This document shows, one piece after another, positions 39,411 through 48,309 of a DNA stretch of 64,000 nt. The notes under the pieces are model-generated. The model was not told where the DNA came from. It searched no databases and saw only the letters and a program-made list of their open reading frames with translations. Source of the DNA: an uncultured Gammaproteobacteria bacterium (GTDB lineage: Bacteria > Pseudomonadota > Gammaproteobacteria > Pseudomonadales > JAHEGP01); the NCBI GenBank assembly GCA_963722805.1, contig CAVROQ010000012.1:280047-344046 (forward strand), in the 5' to 3' direction. The position numbers and the translations under genes are program-made. Positions within the stretch are counted from its first letter, which is position 1, and every line of letters begins with the position of its first letter.

Positions 39411-40013
39411 ATGAACAACGATCTTGAAAACGTTAAGTTGCAAACGGCGGAGCTGCAGGAATTGAGCTCGCAATTTATGGAACAAATCAAACAAAACTCG
39501 GGCTGGACCATCGGTATTGGTGTGATGCTGGTTATTTTGGGTGTGTTGGCTCTGGCCTCACCCATGCTGACCGGTATTTCGGTGAGTATTATGGTGGGCA
39601 TCCTGGTGGCCATGGGAGGTGTCGCCCAACTGATTTTTGCGGCAAAGGCGGGGCAGGGTATATGGCCCTATGCGACGGGCATATTGAGCGTTTGCGCAGG
39701 TATCTATATGGCCTCACATCCTATTGTTGCTGTCGGCACCTTGACCGTCATCCTGGCCTTCTTCCTGTTTGCCCTTGGTGTCACAGAAATCATGATGGCG
39801 TGGCAGGTCAGGCCCGCTAAAGGTTGGCTTATGACTTTCATAACCGGCATTTTGTCACTGGCTCTGGGCGTCATGATCTGGGGAGAATTTCCGGTAGCCG
39901 GCGCCCTCGCCATTGGTGTATTGCTGGGGGTCAAGCTTTTATTCAGCGGTTTTATGTTGATCAGCCTCGGCAGCGCCGCCAAGGGCATGGTACGTAACGC
40001 AGCCAAGCAATAG
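39411..40013 (+). CDS. HdeD/DUF308 family membrane protein
   Basis: Six hydrophobic helices with repeated G-x-L-S-(L/V)-x-x-G patterns typical of DUF308. Confidence 0.7.
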   Translation: MNNDLENVKLQTAELQELSSQFMEQIKQNSGWTIGIGVMLVILGVLALASPMLTGISVSIMVGILVAMGGVAQLIFAAKAGQGIWPYATGILSVCAGIYMASHPIVAVGTLTVILAFFLFALGVTEIMMAWQVRPAKGWLMTFITGILSLALGVMIWGEFPVAGALAIGVLLGVKLLFSGFMLISLGSAAKGMVRNAAKQ

Positions 40014-40081
40014 ATCCACGACACTGGTGATAGGATTGTGCAGCGGTACGATCCTGTTCAACCACTATCCTGACAGGCCCT

Positions 40082-40480
40082 TTACTCAACGCCTCTGCCC
40101 GCTTGTTCGATATGCTGGGACATGACCGTCGCGAGACCGTTGAAGCTGCCGAAGTAGGGCAGTAAGCTCAGGGAGATGTCCGGATACTGCCCGCCTATCG
40201 ATTCAATCAAGGCCGGAATATCCCTGCTCACATGTCGGCCGCAATTAAAAAACAGCGGATACACATCAATGGAGTCTACCGGGCATATGGACAGACACTC
40301 AACAACCGCATTCAACGATGGCGCTGCGGCCTCAAGAAATGCCGCTTCGATATGGGCATAGCCGAGCGTGCCGCCATCCAGTTTCGCCAATACCTGCTTG
40401 AATTCCTCGTTGGCAGCTCTACTTCTGCTGCCGTGGGCGATCACTATTAACGCGCGGCTCGACGCCGGATCAGGCGGCAT
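40082..40480 (-). CDS. CbiX/SirB-type chelatase domain protein
   Basis: ALIVIAHGSRSRAANEEF and a length of about 130 aa. The start at ATG 40480 overlaps the upstream gene end by 11 nt. Confidence 0.6.
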   Translation of the reverse strand: MPPDPASSRALIVIAHGSRSRAANEEFKQVLAKLDGGTLGYAHIEAAFLEAAAPSLNAVVECLSICPVDSIDVYPLFFNCGRHVSRDIPALIESIGGQYPDISLSLLPYFGSFNGLATVMSQHIEQAGRGVE

Positions 40481-41924
40481 GGCTTTCGGGTAAATGCGTA
40501 TCTGTTCCGGCCTTATCGCCTGAGACAAAGGGTGCAGCAACCGTCTCCAGATAATGTTCCAACCTGCTTCGCTCCGCTGCGCTTTCGCGAGTCGATCTCA
40601 CAAAGTGAGTGGCGTGGGGCTCACGGTCCAAAAATAATTTCCCACTAGCCAGGCCTGCCTCCCGGGCAGCTGCCAACCAGACGATAGTGTCCGCGCCTTG
40701 TTCCGGCGTCCTGAGTATCCGCTTGGTTATCTTGTGAAAGGCAGGCAGGGCTGTTTCTACCCCCGGGGTATCAGCCCAGCCCGGGTGCATGGCGTTGCAG
40801 CTGATGCCGAATTGCTGCCAGTCACGGGCCCATTGCTCGGTCTTCACCATCAAGCCTCGCTTGGCTCGCGCATAGGCGACGCTGCCGGAATATTGGCCAT
40901 CCTCACTTTGCAATTGATCCACGACGAGCTTCTGCGAATACATCCCCCCGGATACGACATTGACAACACGGGCTTCGCCACTGCGCTGCAGCAGCGGCAA
41001 TACGCCCTCTGTAAGCAAGTAGGGGCCCAGCAACAACAGCGCAAAACTTTTTTCGAGCCCTTCAGCGGTCTCCTGTCGGGGGTTGAATAGTGCCCCTGCG
41101 TTATTGATCAATACGTCAATGGGCCGGTCCTCAGCGATCAGGCGCTCCACCAGTTGCTGCACCTGCTCCATTACAGACATGTCGGCCAATTGCAGCGCGA
41201 TGTCATCATTACCGGTCTCGGCGATCAGCTGTTTGACCAGACTTGCGCCACGGCTTTCGTCACGCGCCACCAGAGTCAAGCCGGCACCCATTTTGGCCAG
41301 TTCCCTGGCGGCCGCCAAACCGATGCCGGAGGTCGCCCCGGTAAGTACAATGTGCTTGTCGTCCATGCTGGCTGACATCGGGTGCCAATGCCTTTTACTT
41401 TTCAGGTATCCGAACTTGCTGAAGCGGGCAAGTCCGGGCAACACCAGCTTGTCTGCCAACAGCGCAGAAGTACTGATCGTTGGAGCTTCGAAATTATCCT
41501 CAAGCGCCTGCTGCAGGCCACCCACTGAGGTTGCGCCCATGCGCACCATTCCCGGCTTGATTATTGCCTCGAAGGGACGCAGCGCTGGGGTAAATTTGAA
41601 CTCAGCGGTGTAATCGAGCATCGCAGACCGGTCATCACCCGTCACCATGATGGTGTCGGTCACAGTAAACATCGGGCATGTGCCCTCGAGCACAACCTGA
41701 TGGTCAGGCTCCCACTTTAGCACCTTGTAACGCAGGGTGATTTTGCCGATTGGCATGGCGCACACCACGTCGTATTCAGTGCCCACGCCGGTGGGAGCAG
41801 ACCCTATCTTGTCCGAACTCAGCGCGGTGGCATCCCACTGCGCGCAGTTGGAAAATTCGCAGGCATAGGCAAATACTTCTTTCACAGGACGCTCTACTGA
41901 GCACTTTTCATTGAGCAAAATCAT
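40470..41924 (-). CDS. SRPBCC (START/polyketide-cyclase-like) domain fused to an SDR oxidoreductase
   Basis: The N-terminal 150 aa or so resemble SRPBCC ligand-binding domains (VERPVKEVFAYACEFSNCAQWD). The C-terminal half has VLTGATSGIGLAAAREL, NNAG and YARAK. Confidence 0.7.
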   Translation of the reverse strand: MILLNEKCSVERPVKEVFAYACEFSNCAQWDATALSSDKIGSAPTGVGTEYDVVCAMPIGKITLRYKVLKWEPDHQVVLEGTCPMFTVTDTIMVTGDDRSAMLDYTAEFKFTPALRPFEAIIKPGMVRMGATSVGGLQQALEDNFEAPTISTSALLADKLVLPGLARFSKFGYLKSKRHWHPMSASMDDKHIVLTGATSGIGLAAARELAKMGAGLTLVARDESRGASLVKQLIAETGNDDIALQLADMSVMEQVQQLVERLIAEDRPIDVLINNAGALFNPRQETAEGLEKSFALLLLGPYLLTEGVLPLLQRSGEARVVNVVSGGMYSQKLVVDQLQSEDGQYSGSVAYARAKRGLMVKTEQWARDWQQFGISCNAMHPGWADTPGVETALPAFHKITKRILRTPEQGADTIVWLAAAREAGLASGKLFLDREPHATHFVRSTRESAAERSRLEHYLETVAAPFVSGDKAGTDTHLPESHAA

Positions 41925-42159
41925 GTTTCGTAACACTCCTCCAGGCAACGGACGCCGATCAATAGCCGATCCGCTAAGTCATTTGATATCACTTATACCT
42001 ACGCAGAGAGGGGTTTGGACCACAGGCTTCGGCTCGGTTTCGTTTGAACCTCAGTACGAAAATATAACCGAGGGTGTTTATCAGTAGGCGCCGTCTACCG
42101 GCCGATTTGCCAGCCGGGGAAGAACCGTCAGATTTCTGGATGAGTACTGGCGAGGACGC

Positions 42160-42238
42160 CTCTGGTCATTGCGGCGTCAACTCAGGCTTTGCGCCCTGCA
42201 AGCCATCACCAAAAAAGTAGCGCATCAATGAACCGAGC
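42160..42238. repeat. MITE-like palindromic element, minimal copy (about 79 bp)
   Basis: cgcctctggtcattgcggcgtcaactcaggctttgcgcc resembles the copy-1 left arm. ctgcaagccatcaccaaa...gtagcgcatcaatgaaccgag resembles the right arm. The internal region is absent. Confidence 0.4.
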
Positions 42239-42242
42239 TGCC

Positions 42243-44285
42243 CTAAAATCGCTTGCGCAGCCCGGTAATCAGGAAACCCTGTTGCACCTGGTAGCTTTCG
42301 GACTGAAAGTCCTGCAGCAGCCATTCGTACCCCAACTCGAACTCCAGCAAAAAGGATGGGGTGAAATACCAGTCCAGGCTCACCACAGGCCGCAAGGTAT
42401 AGGCCTGCTGGTCGAAATCTTTGAGTGAGCGCTGGGTTGCCAGCATACGTAGGGTCAGGTTTAGATTTTGGTTAAAACTGATTCGCTCATCGACAAATAG
42501 ACTCGTGGCATCGGCACTATCGCCGGTTGTATACCGTATGCCGCCGCTGAGGTAGTCATTCGCCATTATGGCGTCGGCAATAACCAATTGCAGGCCAAAG
42601 GTTGTGTTCGCATCGGAATCTGGCGCATCAAACAGAGGATCGTATACCGGTAAATCACTCATCTCATAGCGGTAGATTTCGCCAATGAAGCTCAGCGTCT
42701 CAGTGATTTCCTGGTTGACCAACACCGATGCATAGCGGCTGATAGCCGTTTTGTCCAATGCAGCATCGTAGACGTCAGTGCCATCATCTAGGCCTTCCAC
42801 CAGCTGATCAAGGTCGATATCAAATTCGCCGATCAAGGCGTTGCTTGCCGAGAGAAAGGGACTTCGCTGGTAGCCCAACGATACCGCAATATTGGTAGCT
42901 GCTCCCAGATTCCAGCTACCATTGAACATAAGGTTGTTAGGCTCATTGAATTTGATATCGTAATCAACAATAAAAAGGTAATGGGAAAAATCATTGAAAT
43001 AGGAAACTTCTCCGCCTAGCGCGCGCCGCTCGGTAAACCCCTCATAAGTCTGCTCAAGAGCGTAAAGGTTTAGTCGCCACGCCGGGTTATCGAAGCGAAT
43101 CTCGCTACCCAGGCCGATTACTCTCCTGCCACTGTTGGAGAAATCCCGGCTGGAATTCGCCAAAGAGCCGGCGGACACGCTAACGGAAAATTTGTCGGTG
43201 ATGGGGTAACTGGCAATCAGTCCATCGAGATAGCCGTATACTCCATTATCATTGCTGCGCTGGCGACCTAAAGCCAGCCGCGCGCGACTAGGCTCATGGG
43301 TAACATCCAGATAGAGATTGTTAATGCGGGTATCCGATTCGCTGCGATAGGAATAGTCTGCCAGGTAACCGCCGCTAATTCGACTGCGCACCAGGTAATT
43401 GCCCGCACGACTCCGAAGGTACAGATCGAGGTTCGCCTGCAGTGATGAGATAGAGGTTTCGGCGCTTTGTTGCTCAACCTTGCGTCGCAAGCCTCGATAC
43501 ATTAGTGAAGTACTGCCGTAAATCGCCGTGTCATTGGTGCCTTTTTTGGCCTTTTTTCGCAGGGCTTTAGGCTCTGACGGGGCGGTATCCAAGGCCACCA
43601 GTCGCTGCTTTACACGTGTCTGTCCAGCATTGTCAGCGTACAGTGCCAGCCATTGTTGGTAAATTCGCATGGCACCCTCTCGATCGTTCTGTTTTTCCAG
43701 GCAGACGCCATAAAGTTCCAGCGCCCACGCCGCCTGCTCTTGGCTCGGTACTTTGCTTAGCAACAGATAGATGGTGCTAGCCTGTGAAAAGTCCTTTTGG
43801 CTGTACAAGCTCGCAGCACGCTTGAGTTGCAGATCTACTTGTCGACGGCCACCGAGGGCAACCACCACATTCTCTCGCTCGGAAGCTGCGGCTACCGGTG
43901 GCAGCTGCAGGGCATCGTCAATAGCCTGATTTTCATGCATCGCCACTTGCTGCACCATCAGGTCAGGGTAATTCACTCGCATTGCATTGGCGATTTGTCG
44001 CGCTTCTGCTGCGCTCGAAAAAAATCCGGCTTTCAGGCGCCAACTGGAACCCTTATCTCCGGTTTCAGCATACACCTGCAGCGGCTGTAAACGGTAAAGC
44101 TCAGTACGTATTTGTATCCTACTAACTGTGTAGTCTCCCAACTGAATCACGTATTGGCCAGCCTCTCCAGGAGTGTCGCCAAAGGCCATTGAGCTGAAAG
44201 CTACTGCCCAAAAACAGACAACAATACTGTTTACCAATCGCTCCAAAATTTGAATTCGGCCGGGCATATCAAAAATCATTGTCAC
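42243..44285 (-). CDS. Outer-membrane protein: signal peptide, SPOR-like domain, TPR-like region and C-terminal beta-barrel
   Basis: SPOR-like YVIQLG...RLKAGFFSSAAEARQIANAM. A helical repeat region (QAAWALELYGVCLEKQNDREGAMRIYQQWLALY). About 430 aa of alternating beta-strand-like sequence ending GLRKRF (terminal Phe). Confidence 0.6.
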   Translation of the reverse strand: MTMIFDMPGRIQILERLVNSIVVCFWAVAFSSMAFGDTPGEAGQYVIQLGDYTVSRIQIRTELYRLQPLQVYAETGDKGSSWRLKAGFFSSAAEARQIANAMRVNYPDLMVQQVAMHENQAIDDALQLPPVAAASERENVVVALGGRRQVDLQLKRAASLYSQKDFSQASTIYLLLSKVPSQEQAAWALELYGVCLEKQNDREGAMRIYQQWLALYADNAGQTRVKQRLVALDTAPSEPKALRKKAKKGTNDTAIYGSTSLMYRGLRRKVEQQSAETSISSLQANLDLYLRSRAGNYLVRSRISGGYLADYSYRSESDTRINNLYLDVTHEPSRARLALGRQRSNDNGVYGYLDGLIASYPITDKFSVSVSAGSLANSSRDFSNSGRRVIGLGSEIRFDNPAWRLNLYALEQTYEGFTERRALGGEVSYFNDFSHYLFIVDYDIKFNEPNNLMFNGSWNLGAATNIAVSLGYQRSPFLSASNALIGEFDIDLDQLVEGLDDGTDVYDAALDKTAISRYASVLVNQEITETLSFIGEIYRYEMSDLPVYDPLFDAPDSDANTTFGLQLVIADAIMANDYLSGGIRYTTGDSADATSLFVDERISFNQNLNLTLRMLATQRSLKDFDQQAYTLRPVVSLDWYFTPSFLLEFELGYEWLLQDFQSESYQVQQGFLITGLRKRF

Positions 44286-45870
44286 GCACCCGGTGTTCGC
44301 CTGAATTGGAATCTCTGATGGTCGTTTGGGTGCTGTCGGTGTATTCGTGGCAGGCTCCGGAACAGTCCCTTAGCTCAGACACCGTGTAATTTGTCCTGGG
44401 ATTCGAATACTTGCGATGCTCGCCGGCCTCGTAATCTCCGGCATGACAGCCAGCACAATTTGGTTGATAGGCCGCAAATGGCCAGCTGACTAGCTGCGCA
44501 TTGTTTCTGTGGCAGTCTGTGCAGTCCAGATTTCTATTATGATCACCCGGATAATTTGGAGAGCTATGTGAAAAGGTTTGCGGCGACCAGGCAATATTCG
44601 AATGACAACGATTGCAGTCCAGGCTGGTCTGGAAATGGCCATTCGGCTTACCCTGAGCGGTAGAACCGTTGTGACAACTCTGGCAATTACCGGTGATGCC
44701 GCTGTGATCAAAGCTTGCCGGTGTCCACGCCACCGGGGTATGGCAGGCCACACAGTCCTGGTTGGTGGCAATATGAGTCGCCGGCTTGCCTTCGGACTGG
44801 GTGCCGTTATGGCAGCTCTGGCAGTTGCCGGTAATCCCGGCATGACTGAAGTTGGCGGGTGTCCACGCCACCGGGGTATGACAGGCCACACAGTCCTGGT
44901 TGGTGGCGATATGAGTCGCGGGTTTACCTTCGGACTGAGCACCGTTATGACAGCTCTGGCAGTTGCCGGTAATCCCGGCATGGCTGAAGTTGGCGGGTGT
45001 CCACGCCACCGGGGTATGACAGGCCACACAGTCCTGGTTGGTGGCGATATGAGTCGCGGGTTTACCTTCGGACTGAGCACCGTTATGACAGCTCTGGCAG
45101 TTGCCGGTAATCCCGGCATGGCTGAAGTTGGCGGGTGTCCAAGCCACCGGAGTGTGGCAGGCCACACAGTCCTGGTTGGTGGCAATATGGGTCGCCGGCT
45201 TGCCTTCGGACTGAGCACCGTTATGGCAGCTCTGGCAGTTGCCGGTAATCCCGGCATGGCTGAAGTTGGCGGGTGTCCACGCCACCGGGGTATGACAGGC
45301 CACACAGTCCTGGTTGGTGGCGATATGAGTCGCGGGTTTACCTTCGGACTGAGCACCGTTATGGCAGCTCCGGCAGTTGCCGGTAATCCCGGCATGGCTG
45401 AAGTTGGCGGGAGTCCAGGCTATCGCTGAATGACAGCTGCCGCACGGTTGGTTAGAAACAATATGGTCAGCTGACTTGCCTTCGGCAAGGGTACCGTTAT
45501 GGCAAACAAGGCAATTTTGCGACAATTGCGAATGGTCTACCTGGGCAACCTCTTGCCAGGCAAAGGTGTTGTGACAGCTGTTACAGTTCGCATTGGTAGG
45601 GATATGGTCTTGTGGCTTAAAACTTGTCTCTAGAAGGCCGTTGCGGCTGTGACAAGTTTGGCACTCTCTGGGTGTACCCTGAAAGACTCCACGCGCATGG
45701 CAGCTTTCACACTGCAGATCACGATGACTCCCAAGTAGTTCAAAACCGGTGGAAAAGTGGTCGAATCGGGCCTTTTCGGCGGCTAAGGCGTTACTACCCA
45801 GGCCGTTCAACAACAGGGGCATGCACAGCCAAAGGCACACGTTGAAGGTATATCGACTCAATTTTGCCAT
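44269..45870 (-). CDS. Multihaem c-type cytochrome, 19 CxxCH plus one CxxxCH (paired-CxxCH dihaem modules)
   Basis: I counted 19 CxxCH motifs directly, plus CSGACH. A signal peptide is present. There are seven 46-aa dihaem units, five of them near-identical. The start overlaps the upstream stop by 13 nt. Confidence 0.9.
   Translation of the reverse strand: MAKLSRYTFNVCLWLCMPLLLNGLGSNALAAEKARFDHFSTGFELLGSHRDLQCESCHARGVFQGTPRECQTCHSRNGLLETSFKPQDHIPTNANCNSCHNTFAWQEVAQVDHSQLSQNCLVCHNGTLAEGKSADHIVSNQPCGSCHSAIAWTPANFSHAGITGNCRSCHNGAQSEGKPATHIATNQDCVACHTPVAWTPANFSHAGITGNCQSCHNGAQSEGKPATHIATNQDCVACHTPVAWTPANFSHAGITGNCQSCHNGAQSEGKPATHIATNQDCVACHTPVAWTPANFSHAGITGNCQSCHNGAQSEGKPATHIATNQDCVACHTPVAWTPANFSHAGITGNCQSCHNGTQSEGKPATHIATNQDCVACHTPVAWTPASFDHSGITGNCQSCHNGSTAQGKPNGHFQTSLDCNRCHSNIAWSPQTFSHSSPNYPGDHNRNLDCTDCHRNNAQLVSWPFAAYQPNCAGCHAGDYEAGEHRKYSNPRTNYTVSELRDCSGACHEYTDSTQTTIRDSNSGEHRVRDNDF
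44721..45410. repeat. Five near-identical in-frame 138-bp tandem repeats inside the cytochrome gene
   Basis: The landmark gtgtcc(a/c)(c/a)gccaccgg recurs at 44721, 44859, 44997, 45135 and 45273, and in degenerate form at 45411. That is exactly 138 nt apart. Each unit encodes TPVAWTPANFSHAGITGNCQSCHNGAQSEGKPATHIATNQDCVACH. Confidence 0.9.
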
Positions 45871-47450
45871 TGGACTTCCTTGAAGGATTCACTGTTGTGA
45901 CAGCGGCCACAGTTATCACCGAATCTTCCACCATGTCGATCCTGGGGCGCATGGCAGGCGGAACAGCGGCCCGACACATCGTCGGCATTGTTACCTTTGT
46001 GGCAACTGGCGCAGGCAAGACCTTCGTGGGATCCTTGCAGCTTGAATTCGGTTTCGTGATTGTGGTCGAAGGACCAGATTGCCCACGCGTTGGGGTTATG
46101 ACAGCTGGCACATTGGGTTCCCAACGAGGCACGATGAATATCATCGGTTTTATGGCAAACCACGCAATCGCTTTTGGTTTCGTTAAACACGAAACCCTGG
46201 TGACAGCTTTGACAAGGGGCGACGGCATGCATCCCTTCTAGCGGAAAAACCGTCAATTCATGATCGAAACCCAATGTTTTTCCCCAGCCTGCTGGCTGGT
46301 GACAACTGCTGCAATCTTCCAGCCTGCTCGATTGGTGGACATCATCAGCGCCATGGCAGGATTGACATTCGCCATCCAGCTTCTCATCCAATGAGCCCCT
46401 GTGGCATTGCAGGCAGTTAACGTCTTTATGCTTGCCAGCTAGCGGCCAATTGGTTTCAACTGCGTGATCGAACCGTGTATCGCTCCAACGCCGGGTATTG
46501 TGGCAACTCTGGCATTGCCCACCATGCCTGCCCGCGTGAACGTCACTGCCGAGATGACAGGCCGTGCATCGGCTAGAAAGGGTCTCGGCGTCAAATCCGT
46601 TAAAATGACAAGCATTGCAAGACTGATTGCGATGGACGCCGGTAAGTTTAAAATCAGTTTCCCGATCGTGATCAAAATCCAATTTTTCCCATTTGGATTG
46701 CGAATGGCACTGATCACAGCTCTGGCCATATTTACCGAGGTGAACATCCTTTACCTGATGACAACTAGCGCAGTCGGTTGTTTCAAACTGGTACTGCTCA
46801 CCCGCATGGCAACTGTTGCACTGCAGCTTCTGGTGCCGGCCGAGCAACGGAAATTCCGTTGCGTCATGGTCAAACTCCTTACGCCTTTTCCAACTCTGGC
46901 TCTGATGGCAAGTGCTACATTCTTCCCCGAGTGTCTGCTGATGTGGATCATCCTTTTTATGGCAGGCGTAACATTCGGACTCGGTTTCCCGGTACAAGGT
47001 ATTTTTCTTATGACAGGCTGTGCACCGGGTATCCGCATGTTTGCCCTGTAAACGGAAATCAGTGTAATCGTGGTCAAAGGTAGCTTTATCCAAAGGGGCG
47101 ATATTGAAATCTCGCCCCTTATGGTCCTGGTGACAACTCTTGCAATTATTGCTAGACGCTGAGGGTGACAAGCCATGAAACCCGGCCTTATCTTTACGGT
47201 CCTTCGCTACTTCCTCATGGCAACCCAGGCAAAGCGTATCCTGGGCAGATTTGTCAAATCGGCTATGGCAGGAGTCACACTGCTTCTCCTCGTCGGCATG
47301 TACCTTACTCACGGGGCCCGGCATAAGAATCAGCGATTTGAGATCGTTCACACTAGCCGGCGCTGAAGATGAAAATAGCGATCCGCAAAGGGATAAAAAA
47401 ATGCCGAGAGTGACACCATATCGCACTGCCTTAATACCAATGCACAACAA
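45858..47450 (-). CDS. Multihaem c-type cytochrome, 21 CxxCH (seven c7-type trihaem modules)
   Basis: I counted 21 CxxCH motifs. The module pattern C..CH - C..CH - W..(F)DH....F.L.G.H....C..CH recurs seven times, as in the cytochrome c7 / c3 family. An N-terminal signal peptide is present. Confidence 0.9.
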   Translation of the reverse strand: MLCIGIKAVRYGVTLGIFLSLCGSLFSSSAPASVNDLKSLILMPGPVSKVHADEEKQCDSCHSRFDKSAQDTLCLGCHEEVAKDRKDKAGFHGLSPSASSNNCKSCHQDHKGRDFNIAPLDKATFDHDYTDFRLQGKHADTRCTACHKKNTLYRETESECYACHKKDDPHQQTLGEECSTCHQSQSWKRRKEFDHDATEFPLLGRHQKLQCNSCHAGEQYQFETTDCASCHQVKDVHLGKYGQSCDQCHSQSKWEKLDFDHDRETDFKLTGVHRNQSCNACHFNGFDAETLSSRCTACHLGSDVHAGRHGGQCQSCHNTRRWSDTRFDHAVETNWPLAGKHKDVNCLQCHRGSLDEKLDGECQSCHGADDVHQSSRLEDCSSCHQPAGWGKTLGFDHELTVFPLEGMHAVAPCQSCHQGFVFNETKSDCVVCHKTDDIHRASLGTQCASCHNPNAWAIWSFDHNHETEFKLQGSHEGLACASCHKGNNADDVSGRCSACHAPQDRHGGRFGDNCGRCHNSESFKEVQWQN

Positions 47451-48309
47451 CGATATGGACGACTACCGTGCAAATCATCACGATAAATACAGGAATGTGA
47501 ACCACGTGCCAAAACCCGAACAAGCGTTCGAATAACCGCAGGCCGGCTAATCGTTCCAGCAAGGTAGCCAGCGATCGATAGTGTTCCCGTAGCGCTTGTT
47601 CCTGGCTGCCGATTTTAGCCCTGCGTAAAAAGAGGTCCTGTGATAAGGCTCGGTTTTTCATTTGCCGCAGCCAGCGCCGCTGAATCAGCAACTGCCTTAG
47701 TGATACCGCCTGCTGTTGCCTGTCAATGATATCCGCCGCACCCCGATAGATCTCGCGCATATGCTGCCACTTTTCTTCACCCAAAGAATGATATTCGAGT
47801 TGTTGGAAAAATCCGTCCAAATCTGTTCTGAGTTGCTGCAACTCAACTTGTTGCCCATACAATCCGTAATGAAACTTGCCGTAGAAATAGCGACCGATAA
47901 AGCCACTACCGGCGACCAGCAGCATGGCTATCAGGGCCACTGAACTATTGGTGGAACCTAAACTAAAGTTGCTGTGGAGGAGAATGCAGGCAGGACCCAA
48001 TACACCTAAAAGCATATGCAGGCGAAACCAGCTCTTTACCTTCAGCCAGCCATTCATACGGCGCCAACGTTTACGTAGAGGGTAGAGCAAAAGCAACAGC
48101 ATCAAACTGCCACCGGTTATGCCCAGGGCATATCCCCAACCCGATTCTGCGTCGAGGTAACGATGATCTCGGAGCAACCAAGCCCAAACCAGGACAAGTG
48201 CGACGAAGAAAGTAAAGATTGGGAAAGCCGCCAGGGACCGCGTTGATTTGTAGCGATGTGCCTGACCTTTGTGACGTGTTTCAACTGAGAGTGTTTTCAT
48301 AGTTGGCAC
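47431..48309 (-). CDS. His-rich integral membrane protein (possible haem-b / ferric-reductase-like module)
   Basis: Four N-terminal helices (YPLRKRWRRMNGWLKVKSWFRLHMLLGVLGPACILLH...), a helical cytoplasmic segment of about 100 aa and a C-terminal helix WHVVHIPVFIVMICTVVVHIVVVH. The gene overlaps the downstream cytochrome gene by 20 nt. Confidence 0.5.
   Translation of the reverse strand: MPTMKTLSVETRHKGQAHRYKSTRSLAAFPIFTFFVALVLVWAWLLRDHRYLDAESGWGYALGITGGSLMLLLLLYPLRKRWRRMNGWLKVKSWFRLHMLLGVLGPACILLHSNFSLGSTNSSVALIAMLLVAGSGFIGRYFYGKFHYGLYGQQVELQQLRTDLDGFFQQLEYHSLGEEKWQHMREIYRGAADIIDRQQQAVSLRQLLIQRRWLRQMKNRALSQDLFLRRAKIGSQEQALREHYRSLATLLERLAGLRLFERLFGFWHVVHIPVFIVMICTVVVHIVVVHWY

Noticed and set aside
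44721-45410. Regularly spaced repeats that could be mistaken for a CRISPR array
   Set aside because: The units are contiguous with no unique spacers, are 138 nt long, are in frame and encode haem-binding modules. No cas genes are present.
44490-45429. Long ORFs 44490..45395 (-) and 44578..45429 (+) with repetitive Pro/Arg/Gly-rich translations
   Set aside because: They are alternative-frame and antisense shadows of the 138-bp repeats. Only the frame carrying the CxxCH motifs has a signal peptide and a coherent domain structure.
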